Of a stretch of 64,000 nucleotides of DNA, positions 50,066 to 60,379 are shown in pieces (the stretch's first letter is position 1; every line of letters begins with the position of its first letter). Both the position numbers and the translations under genes were made by a program. The stretch covers positions 1-64,000 of the forward strand of contig CAZCRK010000004.1 in assembly GCA_964501035.1 (NCBI GenBank), written 5' to 3'. The notes under the pieces are model-generated. The model made no database searches and was not told where the DNA came from. It worked only from the letters and a program-made list of their open reading frames with translations.

Positions 50066-52408
50066 TTACTCCAAAATATTTTCAATTAACTCAACTGGAA
50101 CAGTTTTTCGAATTGAATTAATTCGCATTTCTCTTTCATTAGCAAATTTATTGATAGCTTCCTGTTGCCATTTAGCAGATAAATGAGCTTCATCAATAAC
50201 TTCGTCCAATGATCCACCACTTCTCCATCTATTATCCCAATCAGCAGATAATGAATAATCTCTTACTATCGAATGTTTTATCCAATGGTTCATCGTATTT
50301 AAAGATGTGTTTGTGATTACCATAGCATCTAACCATTCTGATTCTGATATTATACTATCCTGATAAAATTTTGATTGATTTTCAAACAGACCCCATGACA
50401 ACCCAGCTACTATTTTAACATTTGGGCCATTCTCTTTTATTTCATGTAACACTTTAACTAAATGACTTATCACACTTGTTCCGCGCACTATTACAACACC
50501 TTCTTTCGGTTTTTCATTATCATAATCTTTTATCAAATAAGCACCCTTAGAAGCTTCAAAATGATGAGCAATTTTAAGTTTAGCTCTATCAGGGATTTCA
50601 ACAGGAGGGCGAGTTAAATGAAGAGCAATAATTGGAAAATTTCCCTTCAACGCTTCAGCCACCATTACAGGTACTTCGTTGTATTCCCATGGATGTAAAT
50701 TTACAATATGACCTTCAGGAAACAATTGCGTTACACCAGGGGCAAAAATTCCAAAATGAGTTCGGCTATCTTCTGCAGTTTCAGGGCCTGAATGTCCCGC
50801 TACCCAAATGGTTTTACCAAGACTAAACTGAGAATCCTGTGCCATTTGGCTATATAATCTCATAATTCCATATTTTAAATACGAAAATGAACCGTAGGTA
50901 CTGGATGCAGTAATAAAGCCATTAAATGGTTGAAATGAGTCTATATTGAAATTCACAGATGAAATTCCACACATAATACCAGCATTTGCAAATTCTGTAA
51001 TACCTTGGGGTAATAAAGTGCCCTTTGCATTTTTATCTCTATTGAACATGCCAAAGTCTTTAGATCCTTGCCATCCTTTTGAAAATCCAGCAATATTTGT
51101 AGAACCTGCTAAATCTGCTGAACTCACAATTGCAATAGGCCGTCCATACTTTTCTTGACAATATGAATTCAGCCATGACCCATAATCACCAAACCCAGCT
51201 CTGTTAGGCGCATTTTCACCTGGTTTTTTATACAATGTTTCTGGGAAATTTTCAAAATCTGTTAAAACAGGGTCGTCAAGTGGATTTTCGCTAAAAGTTT
51301 GTTGTATTTCTGCATGCTCTGGGACACTGTTTCCAAGCTCAACTAATCTATCAGCCAAGTAATCTGTTAGACCTGGATACGAATCAAACAATGACATAAC
51401 TGTTTCCATAACAATTGTCATTTCTTTATAATCAGCCTTAAAATCATTAACACTCGCATTATCCATATTGGTGAAAGTTAAATTATACTTTTCTGCAAAT
51501 TCACGTTTGGTTGCCCAAAATTCAGACGAATTTCTTTTATGTGGCGCACCATGACTTGCATTGTCATATTTTTTATAGCCACGTCCTTTGCGCATTTTCA
51601 GCCATAATGCTTTAGGTTGGTTGATATCTTCATTATTAAACAATTCAGAATAAGCATTTATTATTTGTTCCCAGTTTTCACCATCTTCAGCACCAGCTAC
51701 TTTCCATCCATATGGCTCAAACCAATCTTTTGGGTTACCAGCCATTATATCACTAAATGGTCTATCATCTATTCCAAAATCATTCCAATCAACCACATAC
51801 ACTAGGTTTCCTAATCCTAAACCGTATGCAGAATTTTTTGTTTCATGGGTTACACCAGTAGTCAAACCACCTTCTCCCTCAAAAGCGAACACTTTTACAT
51901 CAGAAGCTCCTGCATATTTTAATGCAAATGCCTGTCCGGCAGCAATTGGTGAGCCATGTCCAGATGGACCTGTATTGCATTTAAAGAATAAGGTTTTACC
52001 TTCCATTTCCGCATGCCCTGGCAAACCACCACGTTTACGTAATGTTAATAAATCCTCCCAGTAAAGCGTGTATTTATCACCAAGTTTGCTAACATATTTC
52101 TCATCGCCAGTTTGTTTGTATTTACGACGTAATGCTTCATTAAATACAGCTAAAGTAGCATATACTACCGGGTTAGCATGTCCAGCAACTAAAACAAATC
52201 TATCGCCAAATGTTTTTTCCGGAGCAAATATATCCCATTTCATTACTCCAGAGAGCAAAGTAGCGACCATTGCATGCACTTTTGAGCGAGAGCCTCCAGG
52301 ATGCCCGCTTTGGCTAAGATTAAGCATAACATCAATAGATTGATCAATTTGATCCGCAATAACGTCCCAATATTTAAAATTACTTCTTAACTCATTAATA
52401 GAATTCAT
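50066..52408 (-). CDS. Transketolase-like ThDP enzyme (divergent, 780 aa)
   Basis: SGHPGGS; DRFVLVAGH; PGHAE; TGPSGHG; ADLAGST; GITEF. Confidence 0.85.
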   Translation of the reverse strand: MNSINELRSNFKYWDVIADQIDQSIDVMLNLSQSGHPGGSRSKVHAMVATLLSGVMKWDIFAPEKTFGDRFVLVAGHANPVVYATLAVFNEALRRKYKQTGDEKYVSKLGDKYTLYWEDLLTLRKRGGLPGHAEMEGKTLFFKCNTGPSGHGSPIAAGQAFALKYAGASDVKVFAFEGEGGLTTGVTHETKNSAYGLGLGNLVYVVDWNDFGIDDRPFSDIMAGNPKDWFEPYGWKVAGAEDGENWEQIINAYSELFNNEDINQPKALWLKMRKGRGYKKYDNASHGAPHKRNSSEFWATKREFAEKYNLTFTNMDNASVNDFKADYKEMTIVMETVMSLFDSYPGLTDYLADRLVELGNSVPEHAEIQQTFSENPLDDPVLTDFENFPETLYKKPGENAPNRAGFGDYGSWLNSYCQEKYGRPIAIVSSADLAGSTNIAGFSKGWQGSKDFGMFNRDKNAKGTLLPQGITEFANAGIMCGISSVNFNIDSFQPFNGFITASSTYGSFSYLKYGIMRLYSQMAQDSQFSLGKTIWVAGHSGPETAEDSRTHFGIFAPGVTQLFPEGHIVNLHPWEYNEVPVMVAEALKGNFPIIALHLTRPPVEIPDRAKLKIAHHFEASKGAYLIKDYDNEKPKEGVVIVRGTSVISHLVKVLHEIKENGPNVKIVAGLSWGLFENQSKFYQDSIISESEWLDAMVITNTSLNTMNHWIKHSIVRDYSLSADWDNRWRSGGSLDEVIDEAHLSAKWQQEAINKFANEREMRINSIRKTVPVELIENILE

Positions 52409-52410
52409 AG

Positions 52411-54090
52411 TTACCTCGATAATAGTTGTGTTTCAAGTTCGAAAATTGGAACTGGTCCTAATTTTAGTAGTTCATTCATAAATTTATTTGGAGAATAATT
52501 TTCTCTCTTAACAGCAAGAGCATTATACAATCTATCAAATTCTACACCGGAAACATATTTAAAAGAATTTGCAAAATTATTATGTTTTATTTTTCCCACT
52601 AATTTCTCTGCATCTACATCAGACATAAATCCAGTTGTTTTTACCCAGTTGACTCTTTCAGACAGTGAAATGTTTGAAACAAAATATTCGTATTCTAGAA
52701 CAAACATCATTTGGTCAATTAATTTTTGTCGAAGTTGCACCACTTTTAGGTTTGACTCTGTATGTAACTCATTTACCAAAATACCTTCACAAAATGCTTG
52801 CCAACCTGATAAGGTAGTTGAACTTGGAAACAAGCTAACCAAGTCTGAGCTTGTTTTTTGTGACTCTAGATACCATTTGCCTGGAAAAAACTCACCAAAA
52901 ATTTTCAAATCAAGTAAATATGGGTTAAAGTATAGCAATAGATTTGTTTTTTTTATTTCATCAACACTAACCAATAATTTTGGATTTTTATTTTTTGAAT
53001 ACAATCTAAGGTCTAGCAACGGATAACTACTATGGTAGCTTTCTTTAAGATCAACATCTATTTTAATTGATTGTGAAAAACTATAATTTGCATTTTTAAG
53101 ATATGAATTTGTCCTATTGATAGATGCATATATCTCTGACAATATACTTCCGTGAGATGGATGGTTTTCAAAGATTGAGTCCAGAGTCCATTGTATAACC
53201 TTCAAGGAATCGTCTCTATCAATCCAAATTGGTTCATCATTGGTTTTTAAATAATGTGGCAATGCATTTTTAAACATAGAATTTTGGAGCACATAAATAT
53301 TTTGTTTTGCAAATTCTATGGTTTCATCTAGCTCGTAAATTCCCATAAAATGCATTGTAAAATACTCTCTATAAAGTTGTGAATTTTGCAGTTGTTCTGA
53401 TTGAGGGAAATTTACAACTGTCTTATTTAACCAATTTTTATGACTTAATAAAACATTTGAATTTTGTATAATTAATGAATCTACTTTATCTAGTAAATTA
53501 TGTTCAGCATAAATCAGTAATGGAAGCTGTTCAAATAAATTTAAAATATTTTGTATATTTTCAATTGCTAGGTCAATATGAAACTGTGAACTATATTGTA
53601 AGTTGTTTTGTTGGATTTCAATCAAGGTAGGCAATTTTTCTAATCGAGAAATAATACTTTTAACTCGATGTGTCATTTCACATTGTTCCCTATCTGTTAT
53701 AACAAGTAACCCATCATAAATATTTGATATTATAAGGTTGGGATTCCAAATTGTGGGTTGCACTTTATTCCATTTAAACGATAATAGATGTAAGCCATGT
53801 TCGAGTACTTTATATTCAAGAAAATCAACTGACTTTAATTTTGTTTCATCAATTTGTGAAAGTTCTATTTTAAAACGATTTAAATCTGCTATATATTCAC
53901 TTATTTCACTATCTGAATAATTTCTGTACAATCCATCAAATTCCTGAATTCCATCCATACTTGCTTCCACAGGATGTGATTTAGAATACCAATTTAAAAA
54001 TGCATCGGATAGGTCATTAAATGATTGTTTTTGTGAATTTCGGCATGAAAAACAAAGTAGTGTTAATATGATTAAGAAAATATATCGCAT
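52411..54090 (-). CDS. DUF885-like lipoprotein (degenerate)
   Basis: Lipobox CFSC; P..AS..G...D N-terminal motif; E.FPG; GW..FCE; LKLGPVP. Confidence 0.7.
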   Translation of the reverse strand: MRYIFLIILTLLCFSCRNSQKQSFNDLSDAFLNWYSKSHPVEASMDGIQEFDGLYRNYSDSEISEYIADLNRFKIELSQIDETKLKSVDFLEYKVLEHGLHLLSFKWNKVQPTIWNPNLIISNIYDGLLVITDREQCEMTHRVKSIISRLEKLPTLIEIQQNNLQYSSQFHIDLAIENIQNILNLFEQLPLLIYAEHNLLDKVDSLIIQNSNVLLSHKNWLNKTVVNFPQSEQLQNSQLYREYFTMHFMGIYELDETIEFAKQNIYVLQNSMFKNALPHYLKTNDEPIWIDRDDSLKVIQWTLDSIFENHPSHGSILSEIYASINRTNSYLKNANYSFSQSIKIDVDLKESYHSSYPLLDLRLYSKNKNPKLLVSVDEIKKTNLLLYFNPYLLDLKIFGEFFPGKWYLESQKTSSDLVSLFPSSTTLSGWQAFCEGILVNELHTESNLKVVQLRQKLIDQMMFVLEYEYFVSNISLSERVNWVKTTGFMSDVDAEKLVGKIKHNNFANSFKYVSGVEFDRLYNALAVKRENYSPNKFMNELLKLGPVPIFELETQLLSR

Positions 54091-54156
54091 TTCCGAAGGG
54101 AAATTTACACATATTTTTAGTATCTAAACATGTTATTGATTATCTAAAATATTAAT

Positions 54157-55044
54157 TTATTTATCTAATATTTTATAAAGATTACCATTTGTATGTTGCA
54201 GTAAATCATCAGCAACACTAAAATCACATTTTTTAGCATACATTACCAGAGCAATTTTCACACTACCATTGGCTGTTTTTAAAATTTTTTTGGATTGAGA
54301 GTAGCTTTTCTTGGTAAAATGTTGAATTATGCGTGTCCCTCTATCCCAAAGTTTTTGATTGACTGCTTTTAAATCTACCATTATATTTTGATAGGTCTTA
54401 TTTAGTTTTACCATTGTTGTAGTAGAAATCATATTCAGTATCATCTTTGTAGCAGTTCCAGATTTTAGCCTTGTAGAACCTGAAAGAATTTCAGGTCCAA
54501 CAATTGCGGAAATAATGAAATCAATAAATTTATTATCGCTAGGAACATTACACAGTATTAGCCCTGTAGTTGAATTGTGATACTTAGCAAATTCAAGTGT
54601 ACCCAAAACATAAGGTGCGGTTCCACTTGCAGAAATACCAACAACTGAATCAAATTCTGTTAGATTATAATTTTTTATATCGGAAATTCCATTTTCTTTA
54701 CTATCCTCAGCTCCTTCAATTGAAACTTTGAGTGCATCATCACCACCTGCAATTATACCTTGAACTAAATCTGGTTCTGTGCTAAATGTTGGTGGACATT
54801 CCGAAGCATCTAACACCCCTAATCTACCACTCGTACCTGCACCTACATAAAAAAGTCTCCCACCATTTTTCATATTTTCAGTTATTGTATCAACAAGTTT
54901 TGAAATTATAGGAATACATTTTTCTACAGCATGTGCTACTTTTTTATCTTCGGAATTCATAATTTGCAATATATCACGGGTTGATTTTGCACCTATTGAC
55001 ATACTCTTTTCATTTTGTTGTTCCGTTATTCGAGAATCTAACAT
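54157..55044 (-). CDS. murQ: N-acetylmuramic acid 6-phosphate etherase
   Basis: GAGTSGRLGVLDASECPPTF; GSTRLKSGTA.K; MVD..N.KL. Confidence 0.96.
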   Translation of the reverse strand: MLDSRITEQQNEKSMSIGAKSTRDILQIMNSEDKKVAHAVEKCIPIISKLVDTITENMKNGGRLFYVGAGTSGRLGVLDASECPPTFSTEPDLVQGIIAGGDDALKVSIEGAEDSKENGISDIKNYNLTEFDSVVGISASGTAPYVLGTLEFAKYHNSTTGLILCNVPSDNKFIDFIISAIVGPEILSGSTRLKSGTATKMILNMISTTTMVKLNKTYQNIMVDLKAVNQKLWDRGTRIIQHFTKKSYSQSKKILKTANGSVKIALVMYAKKCDFSVADDLLQHTNGNLYKILDK

Positions 55045-55110
55045 CTGAATCCTTTGTTTTATGTATTAAAAAGATATAATTTTGAATACTTGTGAGCAAA
55101 TTTAAATACA

Positions 55111-56319
55111 ATGTTTGATTTAATCTTAGCAATAATAGGACTTGTACTGTCTATTTTCTATTCTAGTTCAGAAATAGCACTTATATCTGCCAATCCTCTG
55201 CAAATTCAAGTGTGGGCAAAACAACGAAAAAAGTTAGGTGAAATCACACAATCTATTATGGAGTCTCAGGAGCAATATTTAACTGTTATATTGATTGGTA
55301 CCAATTTAGCAAATATTCTTACAACTTCATTTGCAACCGTATATATTTTAAAACTAAATATACTCCCACATTCTCTGATTGTAATACCCATTGCGATTAT
55401 AATACTTTTATTTGGAGAAATTTTACCCAAAAGCGTTATTCGAGGATTTTCGAATTTTGGGCTCATGTCGCTATCTCCTTTTCTATATATATCTAACATA
55501 ATATTTGCACCTGTTGTATGGTTAATCAAATCCGTTGGATGGCTTGATATTTCTGGTAGGTTAAGTACAGCAGAACAATTGGCTGAAAAACGTGATGATT
55601 TACAACATATGTATGAGCAAGTTGATGATTCAGATGCAATGGAAAAAGACCAACAAGAGATGATTTCCAAACTGTTTGATTACAGTCAAAGTACTGTATA
55701 TGAAGCAATGACACCTCGTACTGAAATTTCGGCTGTTTCTATTGATGCAAAACTTGAAGATGTCTTACACACTTTCATTGATTCTGGACATTCTAAATTG
55801 CCCGTGTATCGTAAAAATTTAGATAATATTATAGGTGTAGTGTTTTTATATGATTTATTTACATCCCCTGAAAAACTACAAGATGTCATAAAGGATGTAC
55901 TACACGTTCCTGCAACCAAATCTGTTATGGAAGTTATGGCAGAGTTTAAAACAGCCCACCACGCACTTGCTATCGTTTTAGACGAACATGGTGGAACATC
56001 TGGAATTATAACAGCAGAAGATATATTTGAAGAGTTATTTGGTGAATTTGAAGATGAATTTGATGATGAATATGCGGATTCTATCGAACAAGAAGATGGC
56101 TCCATTCTAGCAAGTGCTAAAATAGATTGGGAAGATTTCAACTCAAAACATGGACCTTTAATTCCAGATGGTGATTACGAAACTGTGGGTGGATTTATCA
56201 TTTCAGAAATTGGTCGTATCCCCAACAAAAATGAACGCCTATTTTTAACTATTGGTCAGGTCGTTATTTTAAAATCAACTGCCAGACGCATTGAGCAAAT
56301 TCAAATATATCCTAAATAA
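55111..56319 (+). CDS. CNNM/hemolysin C family transporter (DUF21-CBS-CorC)
   Basis: SSEIA; FGEILPK; MTPR; CBS pair; YETVGG. Confidence 0.93.
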   Translation: MFDLILAIIGLVLSIFYSSSEIALISANPLQIQVWAKQRKKLGEITQSIMESQEQYLTVILIGTNLANILTTSFATVYILKLNILPHSLIVIPIAIIILLFGEILPKSVIRGFSNFGLMSLSPFLYISNIIFAPVVWLIKSVGWLDISGRLSTAEQLAEKRDDLQHMYEQVDDSDAMEKDQQEMISKLFDYSQSTVYEAMTPRTEISAVSIDAKLEDVLHTFIDSGHSKLPVYRKNLDNIIGVVFLYDLFTSPEKLQDVIKDVLHVPATKSVMEVMAEFKTAHHALAIVLDEHGGTSGIITAEDIFEELFGEFEDEFDDEYADSIEQEDGSILASAKIDWEDFNSKHGPLIPDGDYETVGGFIISEIGRIPNKNERLFLTIGQVVILKSTARRIEQIQIYPK

Positions 56320-56352
56320 ACTAAATAGTTTTTTAACAACCTAACGTAATTT

Positions 56353-58623
56353 TCAATTTTCTAATTGTGAGTGAAAATATTCTCGTAAATCACGTAAATA
56401 TACAACTAACTCATCATGGTTTGGAATACTGCTATAAAATTCAAACGTGACTCTTTTGGTAATATCTTCATGTGATATTTCTATCCACTCAGAGCCCCCA
56501 TCAGCACAATCTGGGCATCCATATACATCATCTAAAAGTTGAAAATAATCAAAGTTAAACGCATTTAATATTTCCTCTAACTCAAATTCAGATAATGTTT
56601 CTTCTAATAAAAGTTCTGGAAAATCTGGGTGATCATTCCATGAATATTCACGATAGGTAGCCTGAGTACTATTTATTTCTAATTCGCTAATACAATACCC
56701 CCAGCAAAAACCAAATGAAGTTCCAGTATTTATTATATATGAAGATTCGATGGGGTTCAGTATCCAATCAACAATAATAACAATATCAAGTATATTTATG
56801 ATTTCATCTGCATTTACATCTAGTATGCACATTTCATCGAAAGATGGTTCTTCAAAGGATAAAATTATTGTAATGGTTTGCACTATATCTAATACATTGA
56901 CAACTTCATCTTGATTAATATCACCAGTTCCTTGAAACTCTGGATCACAATCATCTATTGCAATACATTCACCATTTATAAATGTTAAACCACAATCCTC
57001 ACCATCACAATCAAATTCTGGGCATGTAAAATCAGCCCCAAAGCCACCATCATCACATAGTCCATCATCTACCCAGTCTTCAATCAAATTGGTTTCCCAG
57101 CACTCCAAATCACATTCCAAATAACCAGGTTCTAAAATTCCATTAAAATCATCTGCAATACAAATATCACCGATGTCACCATCGTCTGCAATACATGTGC
57201 CTCCATTGCAATCATCTGTGCACATCCATTGACCTGTTTCTGTGTCACAGTCACAAAATCCTGATACACAAAATCCGGGAGCATCCGAGTTTCCAAAATC
57301 AACACAGGTATGTCCATCCTCACAATCATTTTGGAAGCACCCAGCAGGGTTTTCGCCCAGACAAGATGTTTCAGCACAAAATCCTAATCCAAATGGGTCA
57401 GTTCCGTCCCATTCACCTGAGGACGTACAATCTCCACAGTCATGCCCCCATTCAGAACAATATAATTGAGGCCCTTGCCATCCATTGTCATCACACAAAC
57501 CATCTTCCAACAAATTTTCAAAAATAGGAATTGGGAAACATGTATATTCACAATCTAAATATCCAACATAACCAAAACTGTCGACACATTCATCCCCAAT
57601 TTGTGGATCTAAATTATTAAAATCCTCACATTCAGGAATACCTTCCCAACTAGGTTGAGCAGTGCCATCAATTTCGTTCCCGTTTTCATCAACACACCAA
57701 CACCAACCTGTTGAACCACTACACTGTACAGGCTCAAAATTGCAATCATGTGTACAAGATGGAATAAAACACCCAGGCATTCCTCCGCATTCCTCAATTG
57801 CATCTTCAGCAACATCACAACAGTTAAACGATTCGCATTCTCCAAAATAATTCACTCCTGAAAATGACATATAATTTGCCTCGCATGGGTTCGAATAATT
57901 ATTTCCATCACATCCACACACAGGGATATTGTTTTCTTCACATAAATAATCTGCTTGTTCTATACAAAATCCCGGTGATTCTGTCATGTCACAATCCCCA
58001 ATTTCTGCAACACAGAGTGAATTATTGGGGCAATCTTCATTTTCATAACATATTGCAGGTTCATTGCAATTTACTCTTAAGCCATCAACAAAATACTCTG
58101 CAAAACATCCACCACAATAATCAGCAGTACATTCTGCATCCGGATAGTTACTACATGTACTTACTTCACACGGGTCAACTACACATTCAACTGAATACAA
58201 ACAATTGCAAGAATTGGTGCCTAAACATGGAATCGGATCGTAGTTGCAAGATTCAGGATCATCACAAGATGGTGGATAAACAGATATTTGTAATTCTATC
58301 ACTTCAGAAAGCACTGTGGTATCTGCCCAAAAATTAAAATCAACAATACCAACGGTAACTTGATAATTACCACCCCAGTCAGGTACGCCTGATAAAATAA
58401 CATCATTGGCCCAAAATTCATTCAACACAAAATCAACTGTAATCCATTCTGGTGAATCAATGAGTATAATACTTTGTTCATCTCCTCCTGCACCCGTGAA
58501 AACATTTTCTTCATAATAAACATGATGATACGCATTTGGACATTGAATAGTTGTTGTTGGTATTTGCGGTAAAGCAAATTGGATTAAGGTGAATAATAAA
58601 ACTGTTTGGATAGATATTTTCAT
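56353..58623 (-). CDS. Secreted Cys/Asp-rich multidomain protein (Kazal, thyroglobulin type-1, two LNR-like repeats, dockerin)
   Basis: Signal peptide; PVCGCDG.NYSN.C; QCSGSTGWCWCVD..G.EI.GT; DGLCDD twice; GDINQD..VNVLDIV / DVNAD..INILDIV. Confidence 0.85.
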   Translation of the reverse strand: MKISIQTVLLFTLIQFALPQIPTTTIQCPNAYHHVYYEENVFTGAGGDEQSIILIDSPEWITVDFVLNEFWANDVILSGVPDWGGNYQVTVGIVDFNFWADTTVLSEVIELQISVYPPSCDDPESCNYDPIPCLGTNSCNCLYSVECVVDPCEVSTCSNYPDAECTADYCGGCFAEYFVDGLRVNCNEPAICYENEDCPNNSLCVAEIGDCDMTESPGFCIEQADYLCEENNIPVCGCDGNNYSNPCEANYMSFSGVNYFGECESFNCCDVAEDAIEECGGMPGCFIPSCTHDCNFEPVQCSGSTGWCWCVDENGNEIDGTAQPSWEGIPECEDFNNLDPQIGDECVDSFGYVGYLDCEYTCFPIPIFENLLEDGLCDDNGWQGPQLYCSEWGHDCGDCTSSGEWDGTDPFGLGFCAETSCLGENPAGCFQNDCEDGHTCVDFGNSDAPGFCVSGFCDCDTETGQWMCTDDCNGGTCIADDGDIGDICIADDFNGILEPGYLECDLECWETNLIEDWVDDGLCDDGGFGADFTCPEFDCDGEDCGLTFINGECIAIDDCDPEFQGTGDINQDEVVNVLDIVQTITIILSFEEPSFDEMCILDVNADEIINILDIVIIVDWILNPIESSYIINTGTSFGFCWGYCISELEINSTQATYREYSWNDHPDFPELLLEETLSEFELEEILNAFNFDYFQLLDDVYGCPDCADGGSEWIEISHEDITKRVTFEFYSSIPNHDELVVYLRDLREYFHSQLEN

Positions 58624-58792
58624 AAATTACTTCCCAATTTCTATTAATAATTTACATACTTTATTCAGATTATTATGTGTCAATATGTAAAAATAAAACG
58701 TAAAAAGTAAATTTTACTAAAGTCATATTTTTATTTCTGTTTAATTTAATGACTATTGATTATTAATTGAAATTATCTCTAAATGAGGGAAT

Positions 58793-59230
58793 ATGAAATT
58801 ATTCATTAAAACACATAATGATACTGCAAACGAGTTTTATACTCACCACGGTCATTTTCATGACGGAGATGCGGGTTTAGATGTATATGTATTAGAAGAT
58901 ATTGAATTTAAAGCTGGTGAAACAAAGAAAATTAAACTAGGAATTTCCTGCGAACCTGAGGATGGTCAAGCATATTATCTATTTCCACGTTCCAGTATTT
59001 CTAAAACTCCACTTCGAATGGCAAACTCTATTGGACTTATTGATGGTGGATATCGTGGCGAAATAATGGCAGTTTGTGACAATATAAAAGATTTTACATA
59101 TACTGCAGAAAAAGGTCAGAGATTGTTTCAGTTGGTTGCAACTGATAGCTCCCCTATTCATTATGAGTTGGTTGATAGCTTAAGTGATACGTCACGTGGC
59201 AAAGGTGGCTTTGGAAGTACGGGAAAATGA
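58793..59230 (+). CDS. dut: dUTP diphosphatase (trimeric)
   Basis: AGLD; PRSS; GLIDGGYRGE; RGKGGFGSTG. Confidence 0.96.
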   Translation: MKLFIKTHNDTANEFYTHHGHFHDGDAGLDVYVLEDIEFKAGETKKIKLGISCEPEDGQAYYLFPRSSISKTPLRMANSIGLIDGGYRGEIMAVCDNIKDFTYTAEKGQRLFQLVATDSSPIHYELVDSLSDTSRGKGGFGSTGK

Positions 59231-59282
59231 TTTAAAGTTTGAAGTTGGAAGTTTGAAATGGGAATAAAGTTTGATTAATAGA

Positions 59283-60152
59283 TTAGCGAACTTTTCCAGA
59301 CCACCCCATTTTCGTATGTAATGTGTTAAAATATGTATTAAATGGTAATTTAACTAGTTTTGCAATTTTGTGTGATTTTTGAATACTGATTGAATCAGTA
59401 TGATTTATAGGTACATATACCTGCCCATCTGTCGTAAAAGCAATACCAACATGTTCTTCGGGAAAGCGAAGCTTAATACTGGTATCACCATCTAAAACTA
59501 TTGGACGAGCAGATAAACTATGTGGAGAAATTGGGGTTATAGTGACCGTGTTTAAACTTGGATGAATAATGGGTCCACCAGCTGATAAAGAATATGCAGT
59601 TGATCCAATGGGGGTTGCAAAAATAACCCCATCACTTTCATACGTATTTACATATTTATCCGACACTGATACTTCTGTCTTTAAAATTCGAGCTGAATTT
59701 CCATGATCTACAACAAAATCGTTCATAGCTGTATAAGATTGCGTATTTCCTTTCAAATCTGAAACGTTCGCATCCAATAACATATGCTCTGATATTTCAT
59801 ATTTTCCATCAACGATATATTGTAGACTATCACGCAGATTATCTATAGTACATTCTGCTAGAAAACCAAGTCCACCAATATGTATTCCTAAAATTGGTAT
59901 AGAGTGACCATTCAATTTTCTCACTGTAGATAGAATTGTACCATCGCCACCAATTGATAACATTATATCACATGTAGTTGCGATAGTATCTAAATCGAAT
60001 ATTTTAATTTCAGGTGCAAGCAAGTTAGAATTTACCAACACATCCGATGCTAGCTGCATCTCATGGCCTAACTTTGTCAATTCATCCTGGACAATATTTA
60101 CAATGTTTACAAATTCTGGTTTTGTATAGTTTCCTGTACAACCAAATTTCAT
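59283..60152 (-). CDS. nadK: NAD kinase
   Basis: GGDGT; GLGFL; ND; TPIGSTAYSLSAGGP. Confidence 0.95.
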   Translation of the reverse strand: MKFGCTGNYTKPEFVNIVNIVQDELTKLGHEMQLASDVLVNSNLLAPEIKIFDLDTIATTCDIMLSIGGDGTILSTVRKLNGHSIPILGIHIGGLGFLAECTIDNLRDSLQYIVDGKYEISEHMLLDANVSDLKGNTQSYTAMNDFVVDHGNSARILKTEVSVSDKYVNTYESDGVIFATPIGSTAYSLSAGGPIIHPSLNTVTITPISPHSLSARPIVLDGDTSIKLRFPEEHVGIAFTTDGQVYVPINHTDSISIQKSHKIAKLVKLPFNTYFNTLHTKMGWSGKVR

Positions 60153-60379
60153 TATTCTACACCCGGAGTAGTTTCTAATCCATCATGTGTTCGAATTAAT
60201 GTCGATATTCGTTCCTCAGCATCTTGTAATTGCTCTTTGCAGAACTTACTCAATTTCATTCCTTCTTCAAATACGTTCATCATTTGATCAAGTGGAAGAT
60301 TATCTTCTTCCAGCATTTTCATAATAGAATTTAATCGTTCTAATGCGCTTTCAAATGTTTGTTTTTTATTGCTTGTCAT
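60152..60379 (-). CDS. xseB: Exodeoxyribonuclease VII small subunit
   Basis: FESAL.RL..I...LE...PL...FEEG..L...C...L..AE. Confidence 0.93.
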   Translation of the reverse strand: MTSNKKQTFESALERLNSIMKMLEEDNLPLDQMMNVFEEGMKLSKFCKEQLQDAEERISTLIRTHDGLETTPGVE

